Positions 44,886-52,793 of a stretch of DNA of 64,000 nucleotides are shown piece by piece (within the stretch, counting starts at the first letter, position 1; each line of letters opens with the position of its first letter). The stretch is from positions 6,536 through 70,535 of the forward strand of contig DASWIP010000031.1 in the NCBI GenBank assembly GCA_036397635.1. The letters run 5' to 3'. Source of the stretch: Actinomycetota bacterium. Lineage in GTDB: Bacteria; Actinomycetota; AC-67. The translations under genes and the position numbers were made by a program. The notes under the pieces are model-generated. The model ran no database searches. It saw nothing but the letters and a program-made list of their open reading frames with translations, and was not told where the DNA came from.

Positions 44886-45556
44886 GTCTCGCCCATGATG
44901 ACGGTCAGCGACGGATGGCGGCGGAGGTGCGATGCGGGGACGTCGTCCCCCGCCGGTCCCTCGAGCAAGCGAAGCAGCGCGGCTTGCTTCCCGGGGCCGG
45001 CCGCGATGATCGCGACTCGCTCGGCGCGCATGATCGTGCCGAGACCGATCGTCAACGCGAGCGCCGCGGGTGCGACGCCGCCGAGCCGCGCGAGGTTCGC
45101 CGGTGCCAGCGCCACGATCCGGACGCCGTCGGCGGCCCGGCTGCCGGGCTGGTTGAAGGCCACGTGCCCGTCGGGGCCGAGCCCGAGCAGGACCGCGGCC
45201 AGTCCCTGTTCCTCGATGCGAGTCTCCAGCGTCGCGGGATCGGCGGAAAGGTCGTCCACGCGTGCGGCCAGCGCCGCCGGGAGCGCGCGCCGCAGGCGGC
45301 TCGCGAAGCGCTGGTCGGGATCCGCCGGCGGCGGCATCAGTTCGTCCACGGGCACGATGGTGCGCTCCGTCCACGCCGGATCGTCGGCGGGCAGGTCACC
45401 GTAGAGTGGGAGCGTGCTGGAGCCGACCGCGAGCCCGACGAGCCTGCCCCTGCCGGCATGCAGGGCTTCGAGCAGCCACGCGCGCGCCGCGGCAGCCAGC
45501 CCGGGACCCGACGCCCGGATGAGGTTCGGCGCGGCGGGGATCTCTGCTGGTGGCAT
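44876..45556 (-). CDS. nagB: Glucosamine-6-phosphate deaminase
   Basis: LLGLGPDGHVAFNQPGS active-site motif. The start was set at the MPPAEIP ATG (45556). The track start at 45589 would overlap the divergent GH84 start codon within CCATGG. Confidence 0.8.
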   Translation of the reverse strand: MPPAEIPAAPNLIRASGPGLAAAARAWLLEALHAGRGRLVGLAVGSSTLPLYGDLPADDPAWTERTIVPVDELMPPPADPDQRFASRLRRALPAALAARVDDLSADPATLETRIEEQGLAAVLLGLGPDGHVAFNQPGSRAADGVRIVALAPANLARLGGVAPAALALTIGLGTIMRAERVAIIAAGPGKQAALLRLLEGPAGDDVPASHLRRHPSLTVIMGETCA

Positions 45557-45587
45557 TTTGTACGAGAATCTTACATAATTGCCGGCC
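45557..45587. promoter_or_regulatory. Conserved motif site B (TTTGTACGAGAATCTTACATAATTGCC + GCCGGC) filling the 31 bp between the divergent nagB and GH84 start codons
   Basis: 20/26 identity to site A. Contains the -10-like TACATAAT 8 nt before the GH84 ATG, so the transcript is probably leaderless. Confidence 0.45.
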
Positions 45588-46886
45588 ATGGGCGAACGGC
45601 GATGGCTGGGCGCGGTCGAGGGCTACTACGGCCCGCCGCTGTCGCACGAGGAACGCGTCGAGCTGATCCGCTGGCTCGGGACGCAGGGGTTCAACGCATA
45701 CGCCTACGCGCCGAAGGATGACCCCCTCCATCGCGAGCGTTGGCGCGAGCCTTACCCCGAAGACCGGCGCGCGCTGTTCCGCGAGCTGGTCGCCGAGGGG
45801 CGCGCGGCGGGGCTCGAGGTCGTGCTCGTCGTCTCCCCGGGCCTGGACTGGGGCGACGACGACGAAGCCGCCCTCGCGGTCAAGCTCGAGGCGTTCGCCG
45901 AGGACGGAGCGCAGACCCTCGGGATCGCCTTCGACGACGTGCCGCCCGGTGGGGCCCAGCTCGGGGCCGCGCACGCTTCCGGTATCGCGGCCGCCGTCGG
46001 GCGGCTCGGCGGCGGGTTCGAGTGGATCACCTGCCCGACCGACTACGCGAGCGATCGAGTGACTGCCTACCTGCGCGCCTATCACGACGGACTCCCCGAC
46101 GGCGTCGAGGTGATGTGGACCGGCCCGTCGATCGTGAGCCCGCGCGTCACCGGCGAGATGGCCGCCGCCCTCGGCACGGAGCTCGGCCGGCCGCTGCTGT
46201 TCGCGGAGAACTATCCCGTCAACGACGGCCCCATGGCCGGCGTGCTGCACCTGGGGCCCTACCGCGGTCGCGCGCCGGACCTCCCGGCGGCGACCAGCGG
46301 CGTGTTCTTCAACTTCATGTCATTCCCGCGCGCGAGCCGCCTCGCGCTCGCTGCCGGCGCGCGCTTCTGGCGCGACCCGACCGGGGATCCCGAAGCGATC
46401 TGGCGCGAGTGCCTCGCGGCATCCCCGGGGCTGGAGCCGCTGGCCCGCGCGTCGCGCTCTTGGATCGGCGACGAGGGCCCCGACGCCGGACTCGCGTCGG
46501 CGGCCGCGGCGGCGCTCGACGGGGACACCGCGCCGCTCAAGGCCTACATCGACGCGGGAGTGCGCGACGGGCTCGAGCCGGCGCTCGCCGCCGAGATCGA
46601 GCCGTGGCTCGCGCAGTGGGAGGCCGAGACGCTGGCGATGCGCTACGCGACGATGTGGCTCGACGAGCCCGACCGCTGGGGGGTCGAGGGCCCATTCGCC
46701 GTCGCCGAGGCGTGGGCGCGCGCGCGTCACTCGCGGCTGCAGCTTTTCGGCATCCGGTGGGCGTACTACCCGCTGGTCGCACGCGCGGGGGACGAGCTGC
46801 TCGCCCTGCCCGAGGCGTTGGTGACCGGCGCGAACCTGACGGACCTGCTGTGCGCTACCGTGATCGAGCGGGCCTCGAAGGGCTGA
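45588..46886 (+). CDS. GH84-family beta-N-acetylglucosaminidase (O-GlcNAcase-like), no signal peptide
   Basis: N-terminal GAVEGYYGPPLSHEERVELIRWLGTQGFNAYAYAPKDDPLHRERWREPYP matches the GH84 catalytic-domain start (cf. human OGA: GVVEGFYGRPW...LNTYLYAPKDD). The protein begins directly with the domain. Confidence 0.8.
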   Translation: MGERRWLGAVEGYYGPPLSHEERVELIRWLGTQGFNAYAYAPKDDPLHRERWREPYPEDRRALFRELVAEGRAAGLEVVLVVSPGLDWGDDDEAALAVKLEAFAEDGAQTLGIAFDDVPPGGAQLGAAHASGIAAAVGRLGGGFEWITCPTDYASDRVTAYLRAYHDGLPDGVEVMWTGPSIVSPRVTGEMAAALGTELGRPLLFAENYPVNDGPMAGVLHLGPYRGRAPDLPAATSGVFFNFMSFPRASRLALAAGARFWRDPTGDPEAIWRECLAASPGLEPLARASRSWIGDEGPDAGLASAAAAALDGDTAPLKAYIDAGVRDGLEPALAAEIEPWLAQWEAETLAMRYATMWLDEPDRWGVEGPFAVAEAWARARHSRLQLFGIRWAYYPLVARAGDELLALPEALVTGANLTDLLCATVIERASKG

Positions 46887-47586
46887 GGTCCACCTCGATC
46901 CCCGCGAGGCGAAGCAACCCCCACGCCGCCGCCGATTTCGCCGGGCCGGGCGCCGCCGACGCCTCGACCCGGTACGCGCCGAGTAGCGCGCGCACCGCGC
47001 GAAGGATCGCCGGGTAACGCCGGGCGAGCCCACCGCCGATCACGATCAGCTCGGGCGTCTCCGCATCCTCGATCGAGCGCGCGAGCGCGGCGGCGATCGT
47101 GCCGATCGCCTCCACCGGCACCGGCGAGGGGAGCGCCCATCCGGCGGCGACCGTCTCGAGGCATCCGGTGCGCCCGCAGGGGCACGCCGCCTCGCCGAAC
47201 GAGCCGCGATGCCCGAAGACCTCGTGCTCGACGACGGCGCCGTCACGCACGATCGCGCCGCCGATGCCGGTGCCGAGCCCCAGGTACGCGAGATCGCCGA
47301 CGCCCCGCAGGACGGCCTCGCCCAGCGCCGCGGCTTGGGCGTCGTTGGCGACGACGCGCGCGGTGCCGTCGAGCCCGAGCGCCGCCACGGGGTCCACGTC
47401 GAACCAGCGAAGGTTGGATGCCGCGACGACCCGGCCACCTGCGACGAGGCCCGGCACCGCGATCAGCAGCGGCGCGCCGTCGGCACGCGAGGCGCCGTCG
47501 AGGAACGCCGGCTCGGCCGCGCCGTCGAACACGACGGTCTGGATGCCACCGCCCCCTACCTCGATGCAGACAGCGCGCGCCGTCAT
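46855..47586 (-). CDS. ROK-family sugar kinase (N-acetylglucosamine/glucose kinase-like)
   Basis: The 3' third of track ORF 46855..48687 reads MTARAVCIEVGGGGIQTVV...CPCGRTGCLE (ROK Zn motif). The ATG at 47586 overlaps the regulator stop (ATGA). Confidence 0.75.
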   Translation of the reverse strand: MTARAVCIEVGGGGIQTVVFDGAAEPAFLDGASRADGAPLLIAVPGLVAGGRVVAASNLRWFDVDPVAALGLDGTARVVANDAQAAALGEAVLRGVGDLAYLGLGTGIGGAIVRDGAVVEHEVFGHRGSFGEAACPCGRTGCLETVAAGWALPSPVPVEAIGTIAAALARSIEDAETPELIVIGGGLARRYPAILRAVRALLGAYRVEASAAPGPAKSAAAWGLLRLAGIEVDLSPSRPARSR

Positions 47587-48743
47587 GTCCGCAGGTGGAA
47601 CGTCTCGGAGAGCACGAGCCCGGCGGCGCCGAGCAGCGTCGCGCGCTCGTTCAGTGAGGACAGCACGATGTCGAGGCCGTCGCGCAGGTGCGGCAGGCAT
47701 CGCTCGCGCGTGTGCTGCTCGATGCGCGCGCGAAGGTCCTCGCCTCCGCCGACCGCGTCGCCGTGCAGGATGATCCGCGGCGGGTTGACCAGTTGCATCA
47801 GCAGCGCGAGCCCGAGCGATAGGTTGGCGGCGTACAGGTCGAGCAGCGCGCCGGCGTCGCGAACGCCGGTGCGTGCGAGCGTCACGAGCGCGGCCGCGTC
47901 GAGCTTGGACGCGCCGGGAAGCTTGCGCGCGCGCGCCTCGCGTCGCAGCCACGGCAAGGTCGCGATCGTCTCCCAGCAGCCGCGGAGTCCGCACGCGCAG
48001 CGCGCGTCGTCCCCGAGCGGCACGTGTCCGATCTCGCCGACGCGTCCATCTTCGCCGCGGTAGATGGTCCCGTCGATCACGAGGCCGGCGCCCAGGCCGT
48101 GCCCCGTCTGGATGGCCGCGAAGGTGGCGACACCGCGACCCTCGCCGAACCATTTCTCGCCGAGCGCTTGGGCGTGAGAGTCGTTGTCGATGAGCACATC
48201 GGCGTCCAGGCGCTCCCGTAGCCCCTGCGCGAGCGCGTTCCCGCCGAGCCCGGTGATCTGCGACGAACCGACCACGACGCCGTGCGCCGGGTCGCACACG
48301 CCCGGGACGGCGACCCCGATGCCGAGCAGGTCCGGCCGCGTGGGCGACAGTAACGCCGAGACCCTCGCGACGATGTCGCGATGCACCGCGCGACCGTCGG
48401 TCGGATCGGTCAGCTCGGCCGCCTCGTGCGCGAGCAGCTCGCCGCGCGCGCTCACCAGCGCGGCCTCGCACGCATCGGCGCGCAAGGCGATCCCGACCGA
48501 GAGCCCGGCGCCGGCGCGGAACCACAGCGGGCGTCCCGGCTTGCCCACCCGTGTCACGCTTCGGTCGGGGGGCCCTTCCTCCAGCAGCCCGCCGTCGAGC
48601 AGCGGCCGGACGATGCCCGAGATGGTGGCGCGCGGGACGCCGGCGAGCCGCGCCAGGTCGGCGCGCGTCAGCGGCCCGTGGTCGCACAATGCCTGCAGCA
48701 CGCGTGAACGGTTGACATCGCCCATGCGGCTCGGGGACAGCAT
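47583..48743 (-). CDS. ROK-family transcriptional regulator (NagC/Mlc-like: HTH + ROK domain)
   Basis: HTH LTRADLARLAGVPRATISGIVRPLL and ROK motif CACGLRGCWE. The start was chosen at the ATG at 48743, which has a GGGGGGAAAC SD. Confidence 0.8.
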   Translation of the reverse strand: MLSPSRMGDVNRSRVLQALCDHGPLTRADLARLAGVPRATISGIVRPLLDGGLLEEGPPDRSVTRVGKPGRPLWFRAGAGLSVGIALRADACEAALVSARGELLAHEAAELTDPTDGRAVHRDIVARVSALLSPTRPDLLGIGVAVPGVCDPAHGVVVGSSQITGLGGNALAQGLRERLDADVLIDNDSHAQALGEKWFGEGRGVATFAAIQTGHGLGAGLVIDGTIYRGEDGRVGEIGHVPLGDDARCACGLRGCWETIATLPWLRREARARKLPGASKLDAAALVTLARTGVRDAGALLDLYAANLSLGLALLMQLVNPPRIILHGDAVGGGEDLRARIEQHTRERCLPHLRDGLDIVLSSLNERATLLGAAGLVLSETFHLRT

Positions 48744-48865
48744 GCGCGCGCTACCGCGGCGGCCGTTTCCCCCCGGGTCGATGATGCCCCCCTGCCCCGA
48801 TCGTCGATGAGTGAGCGCATCGTAGCGGGGGCGCGCGCGTCCGGAGGTGTGGGTGGGCGCGTCGC

Positions 48866-50002
48866 TCACGTTGCCTCCCTCGCGAACGCCCCGGCGACCA
48901 GCGCGTCGGCGAGCTGGGACACCGCGCGCGCGCCGAGGCTAACCGTCTCCTCGTAGCCGTCGCCGAACGGCATCGGGAGATAGCCGTGCCACGCCGGCGC
49001 GAGGCCGGCCAGCAGCGCGCGCCCTCCCCGTGCATCGTCGATCGCGCGTCCGAGCGCGTGGAACGCCTCCCCCGGGATGCCGACCAGATGCACCGAGCCG
49101 AGCATCCACTCGACCAGCTCGACGGTGTCCTCGGTGATGCCCAGCAGCTGCGCGAGCGTGCCCTCGGCGGGAACCGTCAGGTGCCGCGACCCGGTCCGCA
49201 AGGGTCCGGCGATCGGAACGGCGGCGGTGAGTGCGGTGTGGACTGCGATGGCCGCCGCCGCTCCGATCGCCGATGCTTCCTCGTAGGCCTCCGCGAGATG
49301 GGTGGGAACGTCGGTGTGTCGTTCCACCGGGTTCACGTCGCCGAGCGAGCCGGAGAGCATGACCGTCGTGCCGCCCCCGATCTCGGTCAGCGCCTCGCGG
49401 AACGGTCCCACCCAGTCACGCGAAACCGCGAGCCACGGCGAGCCCAGCGACACAGGATGGATGGCGATGTTCGCGATCACGCCGACGCGCGCGCCGTCGG
49501 TCGCGCGCAGCTCGAGCGCGGCGAACCACGGGTCGTAGGGCAGGCCGCGGCGGTTGTAGGAGATGTCCGCCGGCAGTGATGCGCGCGCGTGATGCAGCGT
49601 CACCGGCACCGCCGCCGCTTTCGCCGCGCGCGCCGCATCGGTGCACCGCTCGACCAGGAGCCGGCCGTATCCTTCCGGCGTTTTCCAGCCGAGCTGCTCG
49701 CCGCCGGCCATCGCGTTGGGTCCCGAATGGGTGTGCGTGCTCGAGGTGAGCACCGCGTCGCGAGGCAGACCATGCTCGACCGCGAGCGTGTCGCGGATCG
49801 GGTCGGAGAACTCGACCGACATCCCGAGCAGGTCCAGCACGAGCACGCACGCGGCCCGTTCACCGTCGTCGAGCCAGACCGCGTAGACCTCGAGGTCGTC
49901 GTGCACGGTGCCGGCGGGCTCGGTCCTGTCGGCGAAGCCGGCGAGGCTGACCGGCACCGGCGGCGTGATGGTCGCCTTGCCGATCCCCGCGCGCCAGCTC
50001 AC
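48866..50002 (-). CDS. Neutral/alkaline ceramidase-like hydrolase (N-terminal catalytic-domain-like, ~379 aa)
   Basis: ...VLVLDLLGMS...SSTHTHSGPN resembles the neutral-ceramidase THTHSGP motif. The GTG at 50002 is coupled (GTGA) to the upstream hydrolase stop. The long N-terminal extension in the track ORF overlaps the neighbouring gene. Confidence 0.5.
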   Translation of the reverse strand: MSWRAGIGKATITPPVPVSLAGFADRTEPAGTVHDDLEVYAVWLDDGERAACVLVLDLLGMSVEFSDPIRDTLAVEHGLPRDAVLTSSTHTHSGPNAMAGGEQLGWKTPEGYGRLLVERCTDAARAAKAAAVPVTLHHARASLPADISYNRRGLPYDPWFAALELRATDGARVGVIANIAIHPVSLGSPWLAVSRDWVGPFREALTEIGGGTTVMLSGSLGDVNPVERHTDVPTHLAEAYEEASAIGAAAAIAVHTALTAAVPIAGPLRTGSRHLTVPAEGTLAQLLGITEDTVELVEWMLGSVHLVGIPGEAFHALGRAIDDARGGRALLAGLAPAWHGYLPMPFGDGYEETVSLGARAVSQLADALVAGAFAREAT

Positions 50003-50904
50003 GCGCCGCCCCCGAGCACCTGCGAGGCGAAGCCGCGGATCCGCCCCGACGCCTCCTGCCGGCGCGTTACGAAGAAGATGTGTCCCGCCTCGTCGTAGGT
50101 CTCTAGCGTCGCACCCGGGATCGCGCGCGCGTAGTGCTCGCCGTGGAACAGGGGGACGACCTCGTCGGCCGTCCCGTGCAGCACCAGGGTGGGAACGGAG
50201 ATCTGAGGGACGTCGTCGCGGGAAGCCTGAGCGCGGCGGATCTGTGCCAGGTCGTTGCGCATCCCCGCCAGACCCGGGGGCGCATCCAGGTGGGTTCGCG
50301 CGAAGGCGACGAGGTCGTCGCGGATGCGAGGGTCCGCGGCCACGCGGCGCTGCTCGTCGGGGGTCAGGTCCGAGGCGATCTTGCGGTCGATGACGCGTGC
50401 GCTGGCGAGCTGCCGCGCCGCGAGCACACGGCCGACCGCCGACAGGATCTCGCCGAGCACCGGGACGGTCATCAATCGCGGCTCGCGTGGGATCTTCAGC
50501 CGGTGGGCGACCAGCGCGCAGGCGAGCACCAGCCCGGCGGTCCGATCGGGGTGCCGGGCCGCGAACGCGGCGGCCGGCGGCCCGCCGCCGGACGCGCCGA
50601 CGACCAGCGCGCGCTGGATCCCGAGCGAGTCGAGCGCGGCCGCGAACGCGTCGGCCTGCTCGTCGTAGGTCCGCCCGACGCTCAGGGGAGTGCGCCCGTA
50701 GCCGGGCCGCGAGGGCGCGATCACCCGGTAGCCGTCGCGCAGGTCGGCGGCCAGCGTCAGGGCCTGGCGCCACGAGCCTGGGACGCCGTGGACGACCAGG
50801 ACGCACGGGCCGTCGCCGGCGCGACCCACTTCGATGGGTCCGTGCGCGGTGGGCACCAGCGCAACGTCGTCCCAGATGCTGGTTGCGGGAGACTCGGTCG
50901 GCAT
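49999..50904 (-). CDS. Alpha/beta-fold hydrolase
   Basis: HGVPGS oxyanion region, nucleophile elbow VGASGGG, and a C-terminal HG...DE...H catalytic region. Confidence 0.8.
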   Translation of the reverse strand: MPTESPATSIWDDVALVPTAHGPIEVGRAGDGPCVLVVHGVPGSWRQALTLAADLRDGYRVIAPSRPGYGRTPLSVGRTYDEQADAFAAALDSLGIQRALVVGASGGGPPAAAFAARHPDRTAGLVLACALVAHRLKIPREPRLMTVPVLGEILSAVGRVLAARQLASARVIDRKIASDLTPDEQRRVAADPRIRDDLVAFARTHLDAPPGLAGMRNDLAQIRRAQASRDDVPQISVPTLVLHGTADEVVPLFHGEHYARAIPGATLETYDEAGHIFFVTRRQEASGRIRGFASQVLGGGA

Positions 50905-50936
50905 GATTGGTAAGATATCATACTAATACCCGCGGA
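50905..50936. promoter_or_regulatory. Conserved motif site D (TTGGTAAGATATCATACTAATACC + CCGCGG) between the ADP-ribosylglycohydrolase stop and the alpha/beta-hydrolase start
   Basis: Same orientation as A-C and E. On the minus strand it reads GGGTATTAGTATGATATCTTACCAATC-ATG, which parallels the P2 and P3 promoter regions. Confidence 0.4.
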
Positions 50937-50951
50937 TGGGGGCCCGGCCGG

Positions 50952-52277
50952 TTACGAACCGCGCCGCGCGAGCCCACCCATGCGCGCGGTTACCGCCGCA
51001 AGCGAACGCTCATGGAACAGCGCCAGTGCCGTTCGCAGGTCATCCCGGAACGGCCGCCGCCACCGCTCCTCCAAGGCCTCCGGCCCGAGCAGCGCGCCGA
51101 GCAGCGATCCCGCGGTCGCGCCGAAGGAATCGGTGTCGTTGCCCTGCATCACCTGAAGGCAGATGCCGTGCCCGGTGTCCTCCGCGAAGCGCAGCGTGTT
51201 CATCAGGGTCCCGATCTCCTGGTACACCCGGCAGTGGGTGTACGAGCCGAACAGGTCGTGGACACGCCGGTAGCCGTCCTCGAAGCCCTCCGCGTACGAG
51301 ACCTCGTCCAGGCACTGCCGCGCGCGCTCGGCGAACCGGCTGCGCTGCGGCACGAAGCCCAGCGCCACGCGGAACGCATCCAACCGGTCGCCCCCGCACG
51401 GCGCCGCGGCGATCGCCGCGGCGACGAACATCGCCGCATACACCCCGGTCCGGCGGTGCGTGCACGAGGCATCCCGCCACGCGAGCGCGGCCGCGCGCGC
51501 CGGGTCGCCCAGGCACGCGTACGCGTACGCGTCCACGCGGATCAGCGCCCCGCACAGCTCGTCGCCGGGGTTCAGCTCCGCGACCCAGGCGTCCGGATCC
51601 GGCTGCTCGGTCTCGTGCAGCGCCTGCAGTGCCGCGCGCGCCATCAGCGTGCGCTCGGGCCCGAAGGTCGCCCGCAGCGGGAGCTGGAGTGCCCACTGCT
51701 CGAGCATCTGCTCCTTGGTCCAATCCAGCCCGTGCGCCTCGAGCAGCAGCATCCCGATGATCGTGTAGTTGAGGTCGTCGTCGGGCACGACGTGGTCGAT
51801 CCGCTCGCGGACGAGCTCGGGCCATTGGCCCTGCCGCTCGCGCAGACGCGCGACCGCCGCCTCGCTCGGGTAGTCCCGCAGCGGCCACTCGCCGACCGGC
51901 TCGAGCGCGTCGCGAAGCTCGTCTCGCGTCGGGTCGATCTCGAAGAGCTTGCCGAGCATGCAGCCGCAGACGCGGGCCAGGAACGCGGCTTCGGCGCGCG
52001 CGCGCGCGTCCTCGGGGGAAAGGGGCGCCAGCGGCTCGCGCGGCCGGTCGGGGTCCGCGGCGGCGAGGATCGCCGGCAGGTCGTCGGGCTCCTCGTAGGG
52101 CCAGTCGATGCGCACCGGCGCGTTCGCCAGCCGTCCCGCGATCGCCGCGAGCGCGTCGTAGGAGTCCGGCGCGGTGGCCAGCTCGTCGGCGAAGCCGTCG
52201 ACGTTGTGTCCCTGCTCGTCCTTGTCGGCCAGCACGGCCGTCAGGCGCGCGCGGAGGGACGCGATCGTCGGCAGCAC
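50952..52277 (-). CDS. ADP-ribosylglycohydrolase-family protein
   Basis: N-terminal ARVCGCMLGKLFE, mid DDDLNYTIIGMLL, and C-terminal MQGNDTDSFGATAGSLLGALLG (GxDTDS metal site). Confidence 0.7.
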   Translation of the reverse strand: MLPTIASLRARLTAVLADKDEQGHNVDGFADELATAPDSYDALAAIAGRLANAPVRIDWPYEEPDDLPAILAAADPDRPREPLAPLSPEDARARAEAAFLARVCGCMLGKLFEIDPTRDELRDALEPVGEWPLRDYPSEAAVARLRERQGQWPELVRERIDHVVPDDDLNYTIIGMLLLEAHGLDWTKEQMLEQWALQLPLRATFGPERTLMARAALQALHETEQPDPDAWVAELNPGDELCGALIRVDAYAYACLGDPARAAALAWRDASCTHRRTGVYAAMFVAAAIAAAPCGGDRLDAFRVALGFVPQRSRFAERARQCLDEVSYAEGFEDGYRRVHDLFGSYTHCRVYQEIGTLMNTLRFAEDTGHGICLQVMQGNDTDSFGATAGSLLGALLGPEALEERWRRPFRDDLRTALALFHERSLAAVTARMGGLARRGS

Positions 52278-52445
52278 GGGCGATAGCCTATCCGGCTACT
52301 CGGCCCTGTCGTGATTCGCAAGAGTTTCCAACTTTTCCAAGCCGAACGGCAGGAACCGACTGAATGATGCGCGAACCTGCGCATCGACACGTCCGGGACG
52401 GGGGTTCCGGCGGGACACGAGCCAGGAGGTCGGCCATGAGGCGCA

Positions 52446-52789
52446 TCGTTCTCGGGATGATCATCGCGGCGGCGATCGCGCCGGCCGCCGCGGGAGCGGA
52501 CGACATCCCCGACGGGAGAGACTGCCGGCAGGCCTCGGAAAGCAGCGTCACCACCTACGCGAACGGCTCCTCCGAGGCGGACCGCCTCGCGATCTGCGTC
52601 AAGAACGGCGGGCAGACGGTGTTCTACTTCGGCGGCGAGATGCAGTCCGAGGATCCCCGCAACGATGGCTTCGGCGGCACCTGCGGTGCGATCATCGTGG
52701 CCGACGAGCCGGTCACCTCGGGCGCGTACGGCGAGGACTGGGACACGCGCGGCTCCAGCCCCGGCCCTGAAGACGACTTCCACTGCTGA
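52446..52789 (+). CDS. Small secreted hypothetical protein
   Basis: AGGAGG SD 8 nt before the ATG at 52446, signal peptide MRRIVLGMIIAAAIAPAAAGA, and 4 Cys. Confidence 0.5.
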
Positions 52790-52793
52790 GGAG

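Noticed and set aside
43824-45374. 516 aa version of nagA and the 45589 start of nagB
   Set aside because: The N-terminal ~160 residues of the long nagA ORF are Arg/Ala-rich and overlap nagB. The internal ATG at 44885 gives a canonical NagA N-terminus. The nagB start at 45589 would share its start codon (CCATGG) with the divergent GH84 gene, so the downstream ATG at 45556 was preferred.
46855-48687. 610 aa minus-strand ORF
   Set aside because: Only its 3' third (46855-47586) is a real ROK kinase. The rest overlaps the ROK regulator in another frame with nonsense translation.
50907-52286. 459 aa plus-strand ORF
   Set aside because: Antisense to the ADP-ribosylglycohydrolase-family gene and Arg-rich.
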